Assembly (NCBI GenBank): GCA_028870995.1
Contig: JAGWOI010000008.1
Location: forward strand, 3,468-67,467
From: Candidatus Omnitrophota bacterium
GTDB lineage: Bacteria > Omnitrophota > Gorgyraeia > Zapsychrales > Fredricksoniimonadaceae
Direction: 5' to 3'
DNA: 64,000 nucleotides
Both the position numbers and the translations under genes were made by a program. Below, piece by piece: positions 1-9,792 of this stretch. The notes under the pieces are model-generated. The model was not told the origin of the DNA. It saw nothing but the letters and a program-made list of their open reading frames with translations, and ran no database searches. Every line of letters begins with the position of its first letter. The stretch's first letter is position 1.

Positions 1-568
1 GTTTTTGCGCACCATCGCGGATTTGACTTCGGTGGCCATCGAAAATGCGCAGCTCTACGAGCGCCTGGAGACCATGGCCATCAAGGACGGGTTGACCGGC
101 CTGTACCTGCGGCGGCACATGCTGGACCGCCTGCAGGAAGAAATTTCCCGCGAAATGCGGCGCAAACGCGATTTGAGTTTCCTGATGCTCGACCTCGACC
201 GGTTTAAACAGTACAATGATACCTTCGGCCATATGGCGGGGGACATCGTGCTTAAAGCGATCGCCAAAATCATGGAGGACCATTTCCACAATCCCGGCGA
301 GATCGTCTGCCGTTACGGCGGCGAAGAGTTTTGCGCGCTTCTGCCCGACTGTTCCAAGGCCAAGGCCGTGCAACTGGCCAATGATCTAAGAAAGAAGGTT
401 GAATCCCGTGAGATCATTTTGCGCCGTCAGAAGACAAATGTAACGGTCTCCATCGGGGTGGCGGCCTTCCCCAAGGACGCGGCCGGCCGGGACGAGCTTA
501 TTTTTAAAGCGGACGAGGCCCTGTACCAGGCCAAGGAAAGCGGGCGCAACAAGGTGTGTGCGGCATGA
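1..568 (+). CDS. Diguanylate cyclase, GAF-GGDEF (5' end truncated by window)
   Basis: End of a GAF helix (AIENAQLYE), DGLTGLY, DLDRFKQYNDTFGH and RYGGEEF; no RxxD I-site. Confidence 0.93.
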   Translation, partial: FLRTIADLTSVAIENAQLYERLETMAIKDGLTGLYLRRHMLDRLQEEISREMRRKRDLSFLMLDLDRFKQYNDTFGHMAGDIVLKAIAKIMEDHFHNPGEIVCRYGGEEFCALLPDCSKAKAVQLANDLRKKVESREIILRRQKTNVTVSIGVAAFPKDAAGRDELIFKADEALYQAKESGRNKVCAA

Positions 569-1584
569 TCTATGTCCTTCTCATCGCTACGGCAGTTTTT
601 ATAGGCGCAGTCTTCTACCTGGCCAAGCTGGTGGTGCTGGGACTAGAGCAGAAAGCCGACGAGGATGTGCTGAAGGCTAAGGAGGTTTTCCAGAAGATCA
701 TCGAGCAGAAGGACAAGTCCCAGGCAGAAAAAGTCAAGCTGGAACGCGAGGCTGTGGAGATCTTCACCCTTTATGACATGACCCGTGACATCACCCGGCA
801 TTTCGACGAGCAGGGGGCGTTCAGTATTTTCTTAAGCAAACTCAAAGAGAGCGTCCATGTCGAGGACTGCGAATTGGTCCATGATATCGCCGAAGGCTAT
901 AAGGGGGGCGTGTTGCCCAGCGGCTATGCCACCTTTATCCTCAAGAGCAAGGAGAAAAAATTGGGGGTTTTGTTGTATAAGGGGCTGGCCGACAAGGATA
1001 AGGAAAAGTTTGCCATCCTGGCCCACCAGTTCGCCCTGGCTTTGCGGCGCCTGAAGCTGTATAAGGACATCGAGACCCTGGCCATCACGGACGGCCTGAC
1101 CGGCGTCTACACCCGCCGTTATTTTATCGAGCGTTTCGACGAGGAAATCAAACGCAGCGCCCTGCGCAAGAGCAGCCTGGCTTTTTTGATGGTCGATGCC
1201 GACCACTTTAAGTCCATCAATGACCAGTATGGCCACCTGACCGGGGACGCTGTTCTCAAGGAGGTGGCCAATATCATCCGTGAGAACGTGCGCGAGATCG
1301 ATATTGTCGGCCGTTTCGGGGGGGAAGAATTTTGCGTCGTGCTGCCGGATACCGATTCGGAAGGTTCCCGGGTGGTGGCTGAACGTATCCGCAAGTCCGC
1401 CGAAAAGAAATCCATCAGGGCGTATGACAATACGGTACGCCTGACCTTAAGCATCGGGATCGCCGCTTTTCCCACCGACGGAAAGCTTTTGGAAGAATTG
1501 ATGGACAAGGCGGATTGGGCCTTGTACCGTGCCAAGTCCCAAGGGCGCAATTGTGTGGTTGCTTTCGGATCCTACAAGGAATGA
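565..1584 (+). CDS. Membrane-anchored diguanylate cyclase (TM, coiled coil, degenerate GAF, GGDEF)
   Basis: ATGA overlap with the previous stop; N-terminal hydrophobic helix; DGLTG, REID I-site and RFGGEEF. Confidence 0.93.
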   Translation: MIYVLLIATAVFIGAVFYLAKLVVLGLEQKADEDVLKAKEVFQKIIEQKDKSQAEKVKLEREAVEIFTLYDMTRDITRHFDEQGAFSIFLSKLKESVHVEDCELVHDIAEGYKGGVLPSGYATFILKSKEKKLGVLLYKGLADKDKEKFAILAHQFALALRRLKLYKDIETLAITDGLTGVYTRRYFIERFDEEIKRSALRKSSLAFLMVDADHFKSINDQYGHLTGDAVLKEVANIIRENVREIDIVGRFGGEEFCVVLPDTDSEGSRVVAERIRKSAEKKSIRAYDNTVRLTLSIGIAAFPTDGKLLEELMDKADWALYRAKSQGRNCVVAFGSYKE

Positions 1585-2987
1585 AGACCCCATCTAAAAT
1601 TTTTGTCCTGGTTTTATTGCTGCTGGCTTTCCTGGCGAGCCTCGCCTGGGTGGGCGTGCGCCATATGGCCAGCATCCTGACCGAATTCGACCACGTGGCT
1701 CAGGTGGACCTGGTCCTGATGGAAACAGCCACCACCCTCAACGATATCCAGCTGAAGAAGGAAATCATTTTCACAAGGCTTACGTCTTCATCGGAAGAGC
1801 TGGCCTCAGGCCGCCTGCGGCCTTCCCGGCAGGAGTACCTGGGGGATTATGTCAGGGGGCTGGAAGGAGAGTACGACAGTTACATCCATGAGGCCGACAA
1901 GCAGATCCAGAAGATCGGCGGACTATCGGGGGTGCCGGACGAACTTAAAAGTTCCTTTGGACAGATGCGCCTGCAAATGCAGGATTTCGACAGCACCGTC
2001 AAGGCGATCTTCAAGTCAGTGGAAAGGGGCGGTTTTGAGCTGTCGCTGGAAGATCTGGATTCGACGGATTCCAAGCAAAAGGTCCTCACCGAGCACGTGC
2101 AGACCATCAGTGCCCAGATATGGGCCCTGGTGCACGAATCCATGAACAAGGGCAAGCGCTGGCGCGAACAATCCAGGCTCATTTTCTGGTTCAGTTTGCT
2201 GCTGACCGCCACCTTGGGGCTGTTGCTGTTTGCTTTCAGGAAGAATCTGGAAGAATTAAGCGCGCAAAAGAAGGACCTCGAAAAGTTAAACCAGGAACTT
2301 GACAAATTCGTCCATACCGTCAGTCATGATATTTTAGGGCCGCTGACCACCATCATCGGTTATGCCGCCTACCTTGAAAAGCACTATGCCTCCAAGCTCG
2401 ATGAACAGGGGAAGAATTCCATCAGCGGGGTGCGCAAAGGCGCCTCGAGGCTCAACGTGATGATCAAGGACATGCTGGAATTGACCCGCATGACCCGCGT
2501 CAAGAACCCCTATTCCAAGGTCGATATGCAGGAAGTTGTCGAAGCGGCCACGGCTAATTGCGATTTTATTGTCCGCCAGTCGAATGCCGAGATCAAGGTC
2601 GCGGGACCTCTGCCGCAGATCGTTTGCGACCGCATCAAGACGACCGCCGTGATCTCCAATCTTATCAGTAATGCGATCAAATTCACCAAGCCGGGCCAGA
2701 GGCCCATCATCAGGATCGGTGTTACCGAAACCCAGAAGGACCACGAGTTCTACGTCCAGGACAACGGCATAGGCATTGATCCTGATTCCCACAAAGATAT
2801 ATTCAATATTTTCAAGCGTCTGCACAACACCGACCAATTTGAAGGTTCGGGAGTGGGCCTGGCCATTGTCAAGGCGGCCGTGGAAGACCAGGGCGGGCAA
2901 GTGCGCGTGGAATCCATTCCCGGCCAAGGTGCCAAGTTCATCTTCACCATCCCCAAAAATCTCATTCCTGCTAAGCCCTTGTATTAA
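1581..2987 (+). CDS. Sensor histidine kinase with two TM helices and a periplasmic helical domain
   Basis: ATGA overlap; H-box SHDILGPLT, N-box NLISNAIKF, DNGIGI and GSGVGL. Confidence 0.93.
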   Translation: MKTPSKIFVLVLLLLAFLASLAWVGVRHMASILTEFDHVAQVDLVLMETATTLNDIQLKKEIIFTRLTSSSEELASGRLRPSRQEYLGDYVRGLEGEYDSYIHEADKQIQKIGGLSGVPDELKSSFGQMRLQMQDFDSTVKAIFKSVERGGFELSLEDLDSTDSKQKVLTEHVQTISAQIWALVHESMNKGKRWREQSRLIFWFSLLLTATLGLLLFAFRKNLEELSAQKKDLEKLNQELDKFVHTVSHDILGPLTTIIGYAAYLEKHYASKLDEQGKNSISGVRKGASRLNVMIKDMLELTRMTRVKNPYSKVDMQEVVEAATANCDFIVRQSNAEIKVAGPLPQIVCDRIKTTAVISNLISNAIKFTKPGQRPIIRIGVTETQKDHEFYVQDNGIGIDPDSHKDIFNIFKRLHNTDQFEGSGVGLAIVKAAVEDQGGQVRVESIPGQGAKFIFTIPKNLIPAKPLY

Positions 2988-3027
2988 ACTTATCCGGTTA
3001 ATAATATAAAATTAGCTTAAAAAGCTA

Positions 3028-3080
3028 TTGCTGGCATAGGTTTTTGGGTTAGAATAAATTAATATTTAAGATTTAAATAT
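3028..3080 (+). promoter_or_regulatory. Probable sigma70 promoter and downstream palindromic operator of the ROK-lptD-glycan operon
   Basis: TTGCTG (3028)-16 bp-TAGAAT (3050); ATATTTAA-gat-TTAAATAT at 3062-3080, in an AT-rich gap. Confidence 0.55.
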
Positions 3081-3111
3081 CCCTTAAATCCCCAAAAAAT
3101 TAAGGATTTTA

Positions 3112-4038
3112 ATGAAGCAGTACGTCGTTGGCGTGGATGTCGGCGGCACCAACATCAAGTTGGGTGTCGTGAACCCTGCCGGAAAAGTGCTTGTCAGAAC
3201 CAGCTTTGCCACAAAGCCTTTTGCCTCTCATCACAGCCACCTGATCACGGCCCTGGCCCGCGAGATCGAGGCCAGCATCATCACCGCCGGCCTTCACCGC
3301 CGCCAGATCGCGGGCATCGGCATCGGCCTGCCTGGACTGGTTGACTATGAAAAAGGGGTTGTGCGCTTCCTGCCTAACATCCCGGGCTGGCGTAATGTCC
3401 ATTTGAAATCCATCCTTGAAAAAAAGATAAAACTCCCTGTTTTTGTCGATAATGACGTCAAAATCATCACCCTGGCCGAGTTTAAGTTCGGGGCCGGCCG
3501 CGGCGCCAGGAATTTCGTTTGCCTGACCTTGGGCACAGGGGTCGGGGCGGGATTGATCTTAAACGGTCAGCTTTACCGCGGCGAGGATAATGCCGCCGGC
3601 GAATTGGGGCATATGCCGCTCAACGAACATGGGCCCAAATGCAACTGCGGCGGTGAAGGGTGCTTTGAAACCTATGTCGGCAACCGCTCGTTGTTCGCCC
3701 TGGCTTCGCAGATCATGAAAAAACCCGGCATGACCACCCAGGACATGTTCGCGCTGGCCAAAAAGGGGAATAAAAAAGCGCTGCTTTTCTGGAAAACCGC
3801 GGCCCAGCGCATCGGCAACGGCCTGGTCGGTATTGTGAACTTATTGAATCCGCACCTGATCATCATCGGCGGCGGTGTTTCCAATAATGAGAGATTTCTG
3901 TTTAAGACCATCGCCCAAACCATCCGCCGCCGTGCCATGAGCCTGCAGGGAAAGGCGTTTAAAATCAAACGCGCTCAATTTAAAGATGACGCGGGGATCA
4001 TCGGTGCCTACGTGTTGGTGACGAATGCGCAAAGGTAG
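3112..4038 (+). CDS. ROK-family sugar kinase (glucokinase-like)
   Basis: GVDVGGT, TLGTGVG and ELGH..CNCGGEGCFE Zn motif; no N-terminal HTH. Confidence 0.92.
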   Translation: MKQYVVGVDVGGTNIKLGVVNPAGKVLVRTSFATKPFASHHSHLITALAREIEASIITAGLHRRQIAGIGIGLPGLVDYEKGVVRFLPNIPGWRNVHLKSILEKKIKLPVFVDNDVKIITLAEFKFGAGRGARNFVCLTLGTGVGAGLILNGQLYRGEDNAAGELGHMPLNEHGPKCNCGGEGCFETYVGNRSLFALASQIMKKPGMTTQDMFALAKKGNKKALLFWKTAAQRIGNGLVGIVNLLNPHLIIIGGGVSNNERFLFKTIAQTIRRRAMSLQGKAFKIKRAQFKDDAGIIGAYVLVTNAQR

Positions 4039-6268
4039 TTTATATATCCTGGCTTTTTTATTATTGCTGACAAGGCAGGCCGTCTCTGCGCCGCTGCCCA
4101 TGCCCGATATCAAGGGACAGTTCGGTAAAGATAAACTGAAAAAACCCTCTCAAGTTACCTTGCAGGCCGATCAGGTGAGCTTTTCCCAAGCCGACAACAA
4201 AGCTCATGCCGAAGGTCATGTGACGGTTAAATCCGGAAACCAGCAGTTGTTCTGCGACCGGCTGGACCTGGACCGCACCATCAAGCAGGTGGTGGCCGAA
4301 GGCAACGTTTATCTCGATACGCCCGATGAACAGGTGCTGGCACAGGGGTTGACCTATAGTTTTGATAAGAAGACCGGTGAATTCCGCGACGCCAGGGTAT
4401 GGATGGCCCCCTATCAGATCCGGGGCAAGCAAATCCAAAAAGTTTCCGAGAACCACATGGTCATGAAGGACGGGTATTTGACCACCTGCGACCTGGATGA
4501 GCCGCATTACCGGTTTTTTGCCCGCCGGATGGACATCTATCCCAGGGACAAGGCCGTTATCCGCGGCATGAAGGTGTATTTGGGCACAGTCCCGATCATG
4601 TACTTGCCTTATTTTTCCCAAGACCTGCGCAACCGTCCGATGCTCACTTTCATACCGGGGGATAACAAGAACTTCGGGCTCTTTTTATTGACCACCGCAC
4701 GCTTTCGGACCTCAATGGCCGGAACTCATGCGACTGTTTCTCTGCATTTTGACGCACGTGAACGTACGGGTTTCGGAGAGGGGGCCGATGTCCGTTACAA
4801 CACTCCTCATTTCGGCAGCGGCCTGTTGAGCGTGTACCGCACCGATGAGAATTTGATCCCAGGCGCGCATTTCTGGGACTCCAAGAATATCCCCACGGAG
4901 CACCACACCCTGTACCGCATCATCTGGCGGCACCATTGGAGGGTTGACCCTAATACCGATGTGGTTCTGCAGGAGTACAGGATCCATGATTATGATATCG
5001 CCAACAACCGTTTCTTGAAATTGTATTTTCCGCGGGATTACCAGCAGGGAGCCCAAGCTTCCAATTTCGACTCATATTTCCTATTGACGCATAATTTGCC
5101 GCACGGTACACTTGTTTTCAATGTTGAAACCAGCCGGCAGAACCCTGCCCTGCGCGGGGTGGAGCGGCTGCCGCAGGTCCAGTATATCCTTAATAACCAG
5201 CAGATCGGCAGGACAGGATTTTATTTCAAAACCACCGACACGTTTTCGAATTTGACCTATCAGAATTATCCCAAGACCTTCAACGAAAAAACAATGCGTT
5301 TTGATTCCAATGACGATATTTCGCACCCCTTTAAGATCGGATTCATCTCGTTCAATCCGCATGCCGGCGGGGAAGAGACCTACTACAGCCGTACTGCCGA
5401 TATCAATGAGAACAACATCGTCCGGGGCCTGTTCAGGGGAAGCCTGGACATGAGCACCAAATTCTACAGGGTATGGGACTACCATACGGATTTTATGGGG
5501 CTGGACATCAACCGCCTGCGCCATGTGGTGATCCCAAGCATTACGTATCTTTACCAATCGAGGCCGACCTTCCCCTCTTCCAGGCTTAACCAATTCGACC
5601 CGGCCATCGACAATCTGTACCGGATCCACCAGATTGAGTTTTCGCTGGCGAACAAGCTGCAGACCAAGCGCCACGGGGAAATCGTGGACCTGGCGAGGTT
5701 CGTGATCCTGACCAATTATGGGCTCAAGGGCACCACCCTGGGTGAGCCGCAGGTCAATACCCTCGGCCCCATGGCCGGCCTGTCGAACAGCCGCCGCGGA
5801 TTCAATCCCTTCGACACCATCCTTGATGTGAATCCCACGGATTGGCTGAGCTTTCATAACGACAACGAATATGATTTTCATTTCGGGCATTGGAACACCG
5901 AGAACTTCGACACCGAGTTCCATGGGAAGGGCTGGTCTTTTGCTTTGGGCAACCGCTATACCCGCGGTGAGGGCGATGCCATTACCAGCGAATGGGATTA
6001 TACGATCAACCCCAAATGGCGCGTGAGGATTTACGGGACCCAGCCGTTGACCTCCCCGACGGATGGGTCTGCAAGCAATGCCCGCGAGACCGCAATCACG
6101 CTGACCCGTGACTTGCATGAATGGGAAATGGACATGACCGTTGACAGGCTCGAAGGAAGGGGCTCCGTATTTTATATTCTCTTCCGTTTGAAGGCCATGC
6201 CGGACATGAAATTTAACTTATTACAATCCACCTTCCAGCCGTCGAGGGCGGGGTCGAACAACCAGTAA
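4025..6268 (+). CDS. lptD: LPS assembly protein LptD
   Basis: Signal peptide, OstA-like jellyroll (QADQV..AEGNV), TTCD..PHY, P(I/M)MYLPY and a C-terminal beta-barrel ending near RDLHEW. Confidence 0.85.
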   Translation: MRKGSLYILAFLLLLTRQAVSAPLPMPDIKGQFGKDKLKKPSQVTLQADQVSFSQADNKAHAEGHVTVKSGNQQLFCDRLDLDRTIKQVVAEGNVYLDTPDEQVLAQGLTYSFDKKTGEFRDARVWMAPYQIRGKQIQKVSENHMVMKDGYLTTCDLDEPHYRFFARRMDIYPRDKAVIRGMKVYLGTVPIMYLPYFSQDLRNRPMLTFIPGDNKNFGLFLLTTARFRTSMAGTHATVSLHFDARERTGFGEGADVRYNTPHFGSGLLSVYRTDENLIPGAHFWDSKNIPTEHHTLYRIIWRHHWRVDPNTDVVLQEYRIHDYDIANNRFLKLYFPRDYQQGAQASNFDSYFLLTHNLPHGTLVFNVETSRQNPALRGVERLPQVQYILNNQQIGRTGFYFKTTDTFSNLTYQNYPKTFNEKTMRFDSNDDISHPFKIGFISFNPHAGGEETYYSRTADINENNIVRGLFRGSLDMSTKFYRVWDYHTDFMGLDINRLRHVVIPSITYLYQSRPTFPSSRLNQFDPAIDNLYRIHQIEFSLANKLQTKRHGEIVDLARFVILTNYGLKGTTLGEPQVNTLGPMAGLSNSRRGFNPFDTILDVNPTDWLSFHNDNEYDFHFGHWNTENFDTEFHGKGWSFALGNRYTRGEGDAITSEWDYTINPKWRVRIYGTQPLTSPTDGSASNARETAITLTRDLHEWEMDMTVDRLEGRGSVFYILFRLKAMPDMKFNLLQSTFQPSRAGSNNQ

Positions 6269-6281
6269 GGGAGTCAAAGGA

Positions 6282-7610
6282 ATGAGAATTGCCATCATAG
6301 GTTCAGGTTACGTGGGTTTGGTTTCCGGGGTGTGTCTGGCCGAAATCGGGCACCATGTTGTCTGTGTGGACAATAATCCCGATAAGATCAGGACTTTGAA
6401 GAAAGGCAAGCTGCCTATTTATGAACCGGGGTTGCTGGAGCTCATGAAAGCCAATGTCGCCAAAAAGCGGCTTTCTTTCACCGGTTCCATCGGCGAGGCC
6501 ACAGAAAAATCGCAAGTCATTTTCCTGGCGGTGCCGACCCCGCCTAAGGCCAACGGGGACGCGGATTTGACCTATATCGAGAACGTGGCCCGCCAGATCG
6601 CCCAGCACATGGATTCCTACAAATTGATCGTAGAGAAATCCACCGTCCCCGCGGAGACCGGCAAGAAGATCAGGCGTACCATTCATTTGAACCTGCCTAA
6701 GAAGTATAAAAGCGGCAATAAAATCCTGCTGGATTTCGACGTGGCCTCTAACCCCGAGTTCCTCAAAGAAGGCAGCGCGGTGCATGATTTTATGAACCCG
6801 GACCGTGTTGTCATCGGTGTCGAGAGCAAAAAGGCGGAACAGTTGTTGAAGGAAATTTACAAGCCGCTGAAGGCCAAGGTCCTGGTCACCAACATTGCCT
6901 CGGCTGAAATGATCAAGCACGCCTCAAATTCATTTTTGGCCGCCAAGATCTCCTTTATCAACGCCGTGGCCCAGATCTGCGACCGGGTGGGCGCGGACGT
7001 GCTCAAGGTGGCGGAGGGCATGGGGCTGGACAAGCGCATCGGCCGTCAGTTTCTCGACGCAGGCGTCGGCTACGGCGGCAGCTGCTTTCCCAAAGACGTG
7101 GATGCCTTCATCCGGGTCGGTGAAAAGAGTGGTTATGAATTTGCCCTGCTTAGGGAAGTGCGGCGCATCAATGAGGCCCAGCGCCATTGGTTCGTGCGCC
7201 ATATCGAGGAAAAGCTTTGGAATATCAAGGACAAGATGATCGGCGTCTGGGGCCTGGCCTTCAAGCCAAATACCGACGATATCCGCAGCGCCGCGGCCCT
7301 TGAGATCATCCAGCTTTTGCAGGCGGAAGGGGCCAGGATACGGGCCTATGACCCCAAAGCCATGGACAACGCCAGGAAGGTCTTAAGCCGGAACACGGTT
7401 TTTTGCGACAGTCCTTATGCGGTGGCGGAAGGTTGCGATTGCCTTTTATTGCTGACCGAATGGCCGGAATTTGCGGATATCGATTTCGTCCAGATACGCG
7501 ACGCGATGAGCCAGACCGTGATCTTCGACGGCCGCAATTTTCTGGACGGGACGGCCTTAAGGGATTTGGGCTTTGAATACTTCGGCGTTGGCCGGGGAAA
7601 ATCTTTGTAA
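6282..7610 (+). CDS. ugd: UDP-glucose 6-dehydrogenase
   Basis: [19 protein letters not shown] and catalytic [10 protein letters not shown]. Confidence 0.95.
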   Translation: MRIAIIGSGYVGLVSGVCLAEIGHHVVCVDNNPDKIRTLKKGKLPIYEPGLLELMKANVAKKRLSFTGSIGEATEKSQVIFLAVPTPPKANGDADLTYIENVARQIAQHMDSYKLIVEKSTVPAETGKKIRRTIHLNLPKKYKSGNKILLDFDVASNPEFLKEGSAVHDFMNPDRVVIGVESKKAEQLLKEIYKPLKAKVLVTNIASAEMIKHASNSFLAAKISFINAVAQICDRVGADVLKVAEGMGLDKRIGRQFLDAGVGYGGSCFPKDVDAFIRVGEKSGYEFALLREVRRINEAQRHWFVRHIEEKLWNIKDKMIGVWGLAFKPNTDDIRSAAALEIIQLLQAEGARIRAYDPKAMDNARKVLSRNTVFCDSPYAVAEGCDCLLLLTEWPEFADIDFVQIRDAMSQTVIFDGRNFLDGTALRDLGFEYFGVGRGKSL

Positions 7611-7625
7611 AAGGATAAGGAGTGA

Positions 7626-8585
7626 ATGATGCCTAAGAAAACAGTACTGATTACAGGCGGAGCGGGCTTTATCGGAAGCCATCTGTGCGACCGGTTCATC
7701 AAGGAAGGCTTTAAAGTCATTGCCGTCGACAACCTGATCACCGGCAACAAGGGCAACATTGCGCACCTGGCCAAGAACAAGGACTTCCGGTTTATCAAGC
7801 ACGATATTTCCAAACCTATCCGGATACCGGGGCAGGTCCATTATGTGCTTCATTTTGCCTCGCCGGCATCACCCATCGATTATCTGCAGCTTTCCATCCA
7901 GACCATGAAGGTCGGTGCCCTGGGCACGCATAACGCATTGGGGATCGCCAAGGCCAAGAAAGCGGTCTTTTTCCTGGCCTCCACCTCGGAAGTTTACGGC
8001 GACCCCCTGGAACATCCGCAAAAGGAAACCTATTGGGGCCATGTCAATCCCATCGGGCCCAGGGGCGTGTACGACGAGGCCAAGCGCTTTGCCGAGGCCC
8101 TGACCCTGGCTTATAAAAAGGTGCACGGGATGGATGTCAAGATCATCCGCATTTTCAATACCTATGGGCCGCGCATGCGGCTTAAGGACGGAAGGGTGGT
8201 CCCCGCATTCATTGACCAGGTCCTTCACGGCAAACCTTTGACGATCTTCGGCGACGGCAGGCAGACCAGGTCTTTTTGCTATGTGGATGATCTGGTCGAG
8301 GGCATCACCCGGCTTTTGTTCTCCAAATTGACCGGTCCGGTGAACATGGGTAATCCCCGCGAGTTCACCATTCGCCAATTTGCCGACCTGGTCGTCAAAA
8401 CCCAGGGGGGCCATAAGGCCAGGATTGTTTTTAAGCCCTTGCCCAAGGATGACCCCAAGCAGCGCCGGCCGGATATCACCCAGGCCAGGACGAAACTGGG
8501 ATGGGAACCGAAGGTCCGCCTGGAAGAAGGGATCGTCAAGACGATCGCCTATTTTAAAGAACACATCAACAATGGACGAAAATAA
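7626..8585 (+). CDS. UDP-glucuronate decarboxylase (UDP-xylose synthase family SDR)
   Basis: [27 protein letters not shown] and DDPKQRRPD. Confidence 0.92.
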   Translation: MMPKKTVLITGGAGFIGSHLCDRFIKEGFKVIAVDNLITGNKGNIAHLAKNKDFRFIKHDISKPIRIPGQVHYVLHFASPASPIDYLQLSIQTMKVGALGTHNALGIAKAKKAVFFLASTSEVYGDPLEHPQKETYWGHVNPIGPRGVYDEAKRFAEALTLAYKKVHGMDVKIIRIFNTYGPRMRLKDGRVVPAFIDQVLHGKPLTIFGDGRQTRSFCYVDDLVEGITRLLFSKLTGPVNMGNPREFTIRQFADLVVKTQGGHKARIVFKPLPKDDPKQRRPDITQARTKLGWEPKVRLEEGIVKTIAYFKEHINNGRK

Positions 8586-9196
8586 TGATTACCAAGGAAG
8601 AATTGGTTGCTTTTGAAATGGATATCGCCGAGGTCTTCGCGACCGGCGTTATTCGTGCTCCGGTGCACCTGCGGGCGGGCCGGGAAGAGATGCTCATCAA
8701 AATCTTCAAGGACCATCATATCGGCGACGATGATTACGTGTTCGGTTTTTGGGATTCCCATGAGCTGGCACTTTTGAAGGGCGTGCCGCCCCAGGAATTG
8801 AAACAAGCCATCCTGGACGGCAAAAGCATATCGCTGTGTTTCCCTCAATACAAGGTTTTGTGTTCGGGGATCGTGGGCAGCCTGATGGGCGCCGCCGCCG
8901 GGGTGGCCTGGGCCCTGAAGCATCAGCAGCAAAAGGGCAGGGCTTTTTTGTTTTGCGGGGACATGTCCTCGGAGACGGGTATTTTTCATGAAGCGGTCAA
9001 ATATGTTACTAATTTCGACCTGCCCGCCGTCTTTATTGTCTGTGACAACGGGGTCAGCGTCATGACCGACACCCGCGCCGCATGGGGAAGCTCCGACCCC
9101 TGGTTTAAAGGCACCAAGTACGAAAGCAAGATCATCTATTTTAAATACACCAACGGCTACCCGCATTCCGGCCTTGGTAAACTCATCAAATTTTAA
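8585..9196 (+). CDS. Short ThDP-dependent enzyme, E1-alpha-like diphosphate-binding subunit
   Basis: PVHL, GIVG and GD(M)-x-(D)N ThDP/Mg motif (GDMSSETGIFHEA...VCDN); only 203 aa. Confidence 0.8.
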   Translation: MITKEELVAFEMDIAEVFATGVIRAPVHLRAGREEMLIKIFKDHHIGDDDYVFGFWDSHELALLKGVPPQELKQAILDGKSISLCFPQYKVLCSGIVGSLMGAAAGVAWALKHQQQKGRAFLFCGDMSSETGIFHEAVKYVTNFDLPAVFIVCDNGVSVMTDTRAAWGSSDPWFKGTKYESKIIYFKYTNGYPHSGLGKLIKF

Positions 9197-9200
9197 AACT

Positions 9201-9788
9201 ATGACGACCAATACACAGCTTAAATACTTCGATGAATTAAAAAGGACCATGGAATGGCTGGCCCAGCAGCCCAAGGTGATGTTTGTGGGACAGACGGTGG
9301 CCGGACCCGGCACCTTTATGTACCAGACCCTGCGCGACTGCCCCAAGGAACGCTGCCTGGAGATGCCCATCAATGAAAGTTTCCAGATGCAGTTTACGAT
9401 AGGGCTGGCCCTGACCGGCTATGTGCCCATTTCGGTTTATCCTAGGCAGAACTTTTTGCTGCTGGCCACTGGAGATATGGCCAATATGCTTGACAAGATC
9501 CCCTTGATCTCCGGGGGGAAATGGCCGTTGAAAATGATCATCCGGGTGGCCACCGGTCCCGATGCGCCGGTGCATCCGGGACACCAGCATATCGGCAATT
9601 ATGCCAAGGCCTTCCGGGAAATGTTCAAATGGATTGAGGTGGTGGAGCTTGACAGCGCCGAGGAGATCTTCCCGGCCTACAACCAGGCCTTGAACCGCAC
9701 GGATGGCAAATCGACGATGATCATCGAGCACGGGAATTTCTATAACGAAGAATATTACGCCAAGCGGATGATCAGCACCCAGCGCTGA
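9201..9788 (+). CDS. Short ThDP-dependent enzyme, E1-beta/transketolase pyrimidine-binding subunit
   Basis: VGQTV, EMPINE..GLA and HQH; lacks the transketolase C-terminal domain. Confidence 0.8.
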   Translation: MTTNTQLKYFDELKRTMEWLAQQPKVMFVGQTVAGPGTFMYQTLRDCPKERCLEMPINESFQMQFTIGLALTGYVPISVYPRQNFLLLATGDMANMLDKIPLISGGKWPLKMIIRVATGPDAPVHPGHQHIGNYAKAFREMFKWIEVVELDSAEEIFPAYNQALNRTDGKSTMIIEHGNFYNEEYYAKRMISTQR

Positions 9789-9792
9789 AGGT

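Noticed and set aside
5081-6118. 345-aa minus-strand ORF and many other antisense or alternate-frame ORFs
   Set aside because: They are shadows of well-supported + strand genes in GC-rich codon usage, with no recognisable motifs.
8585-9788. Pyruvate dehydrogenase E1 annotation
   Set aside because: Both chains are far too short, there is no E2/E3, and the context is sugar-nucleotide synthesis.
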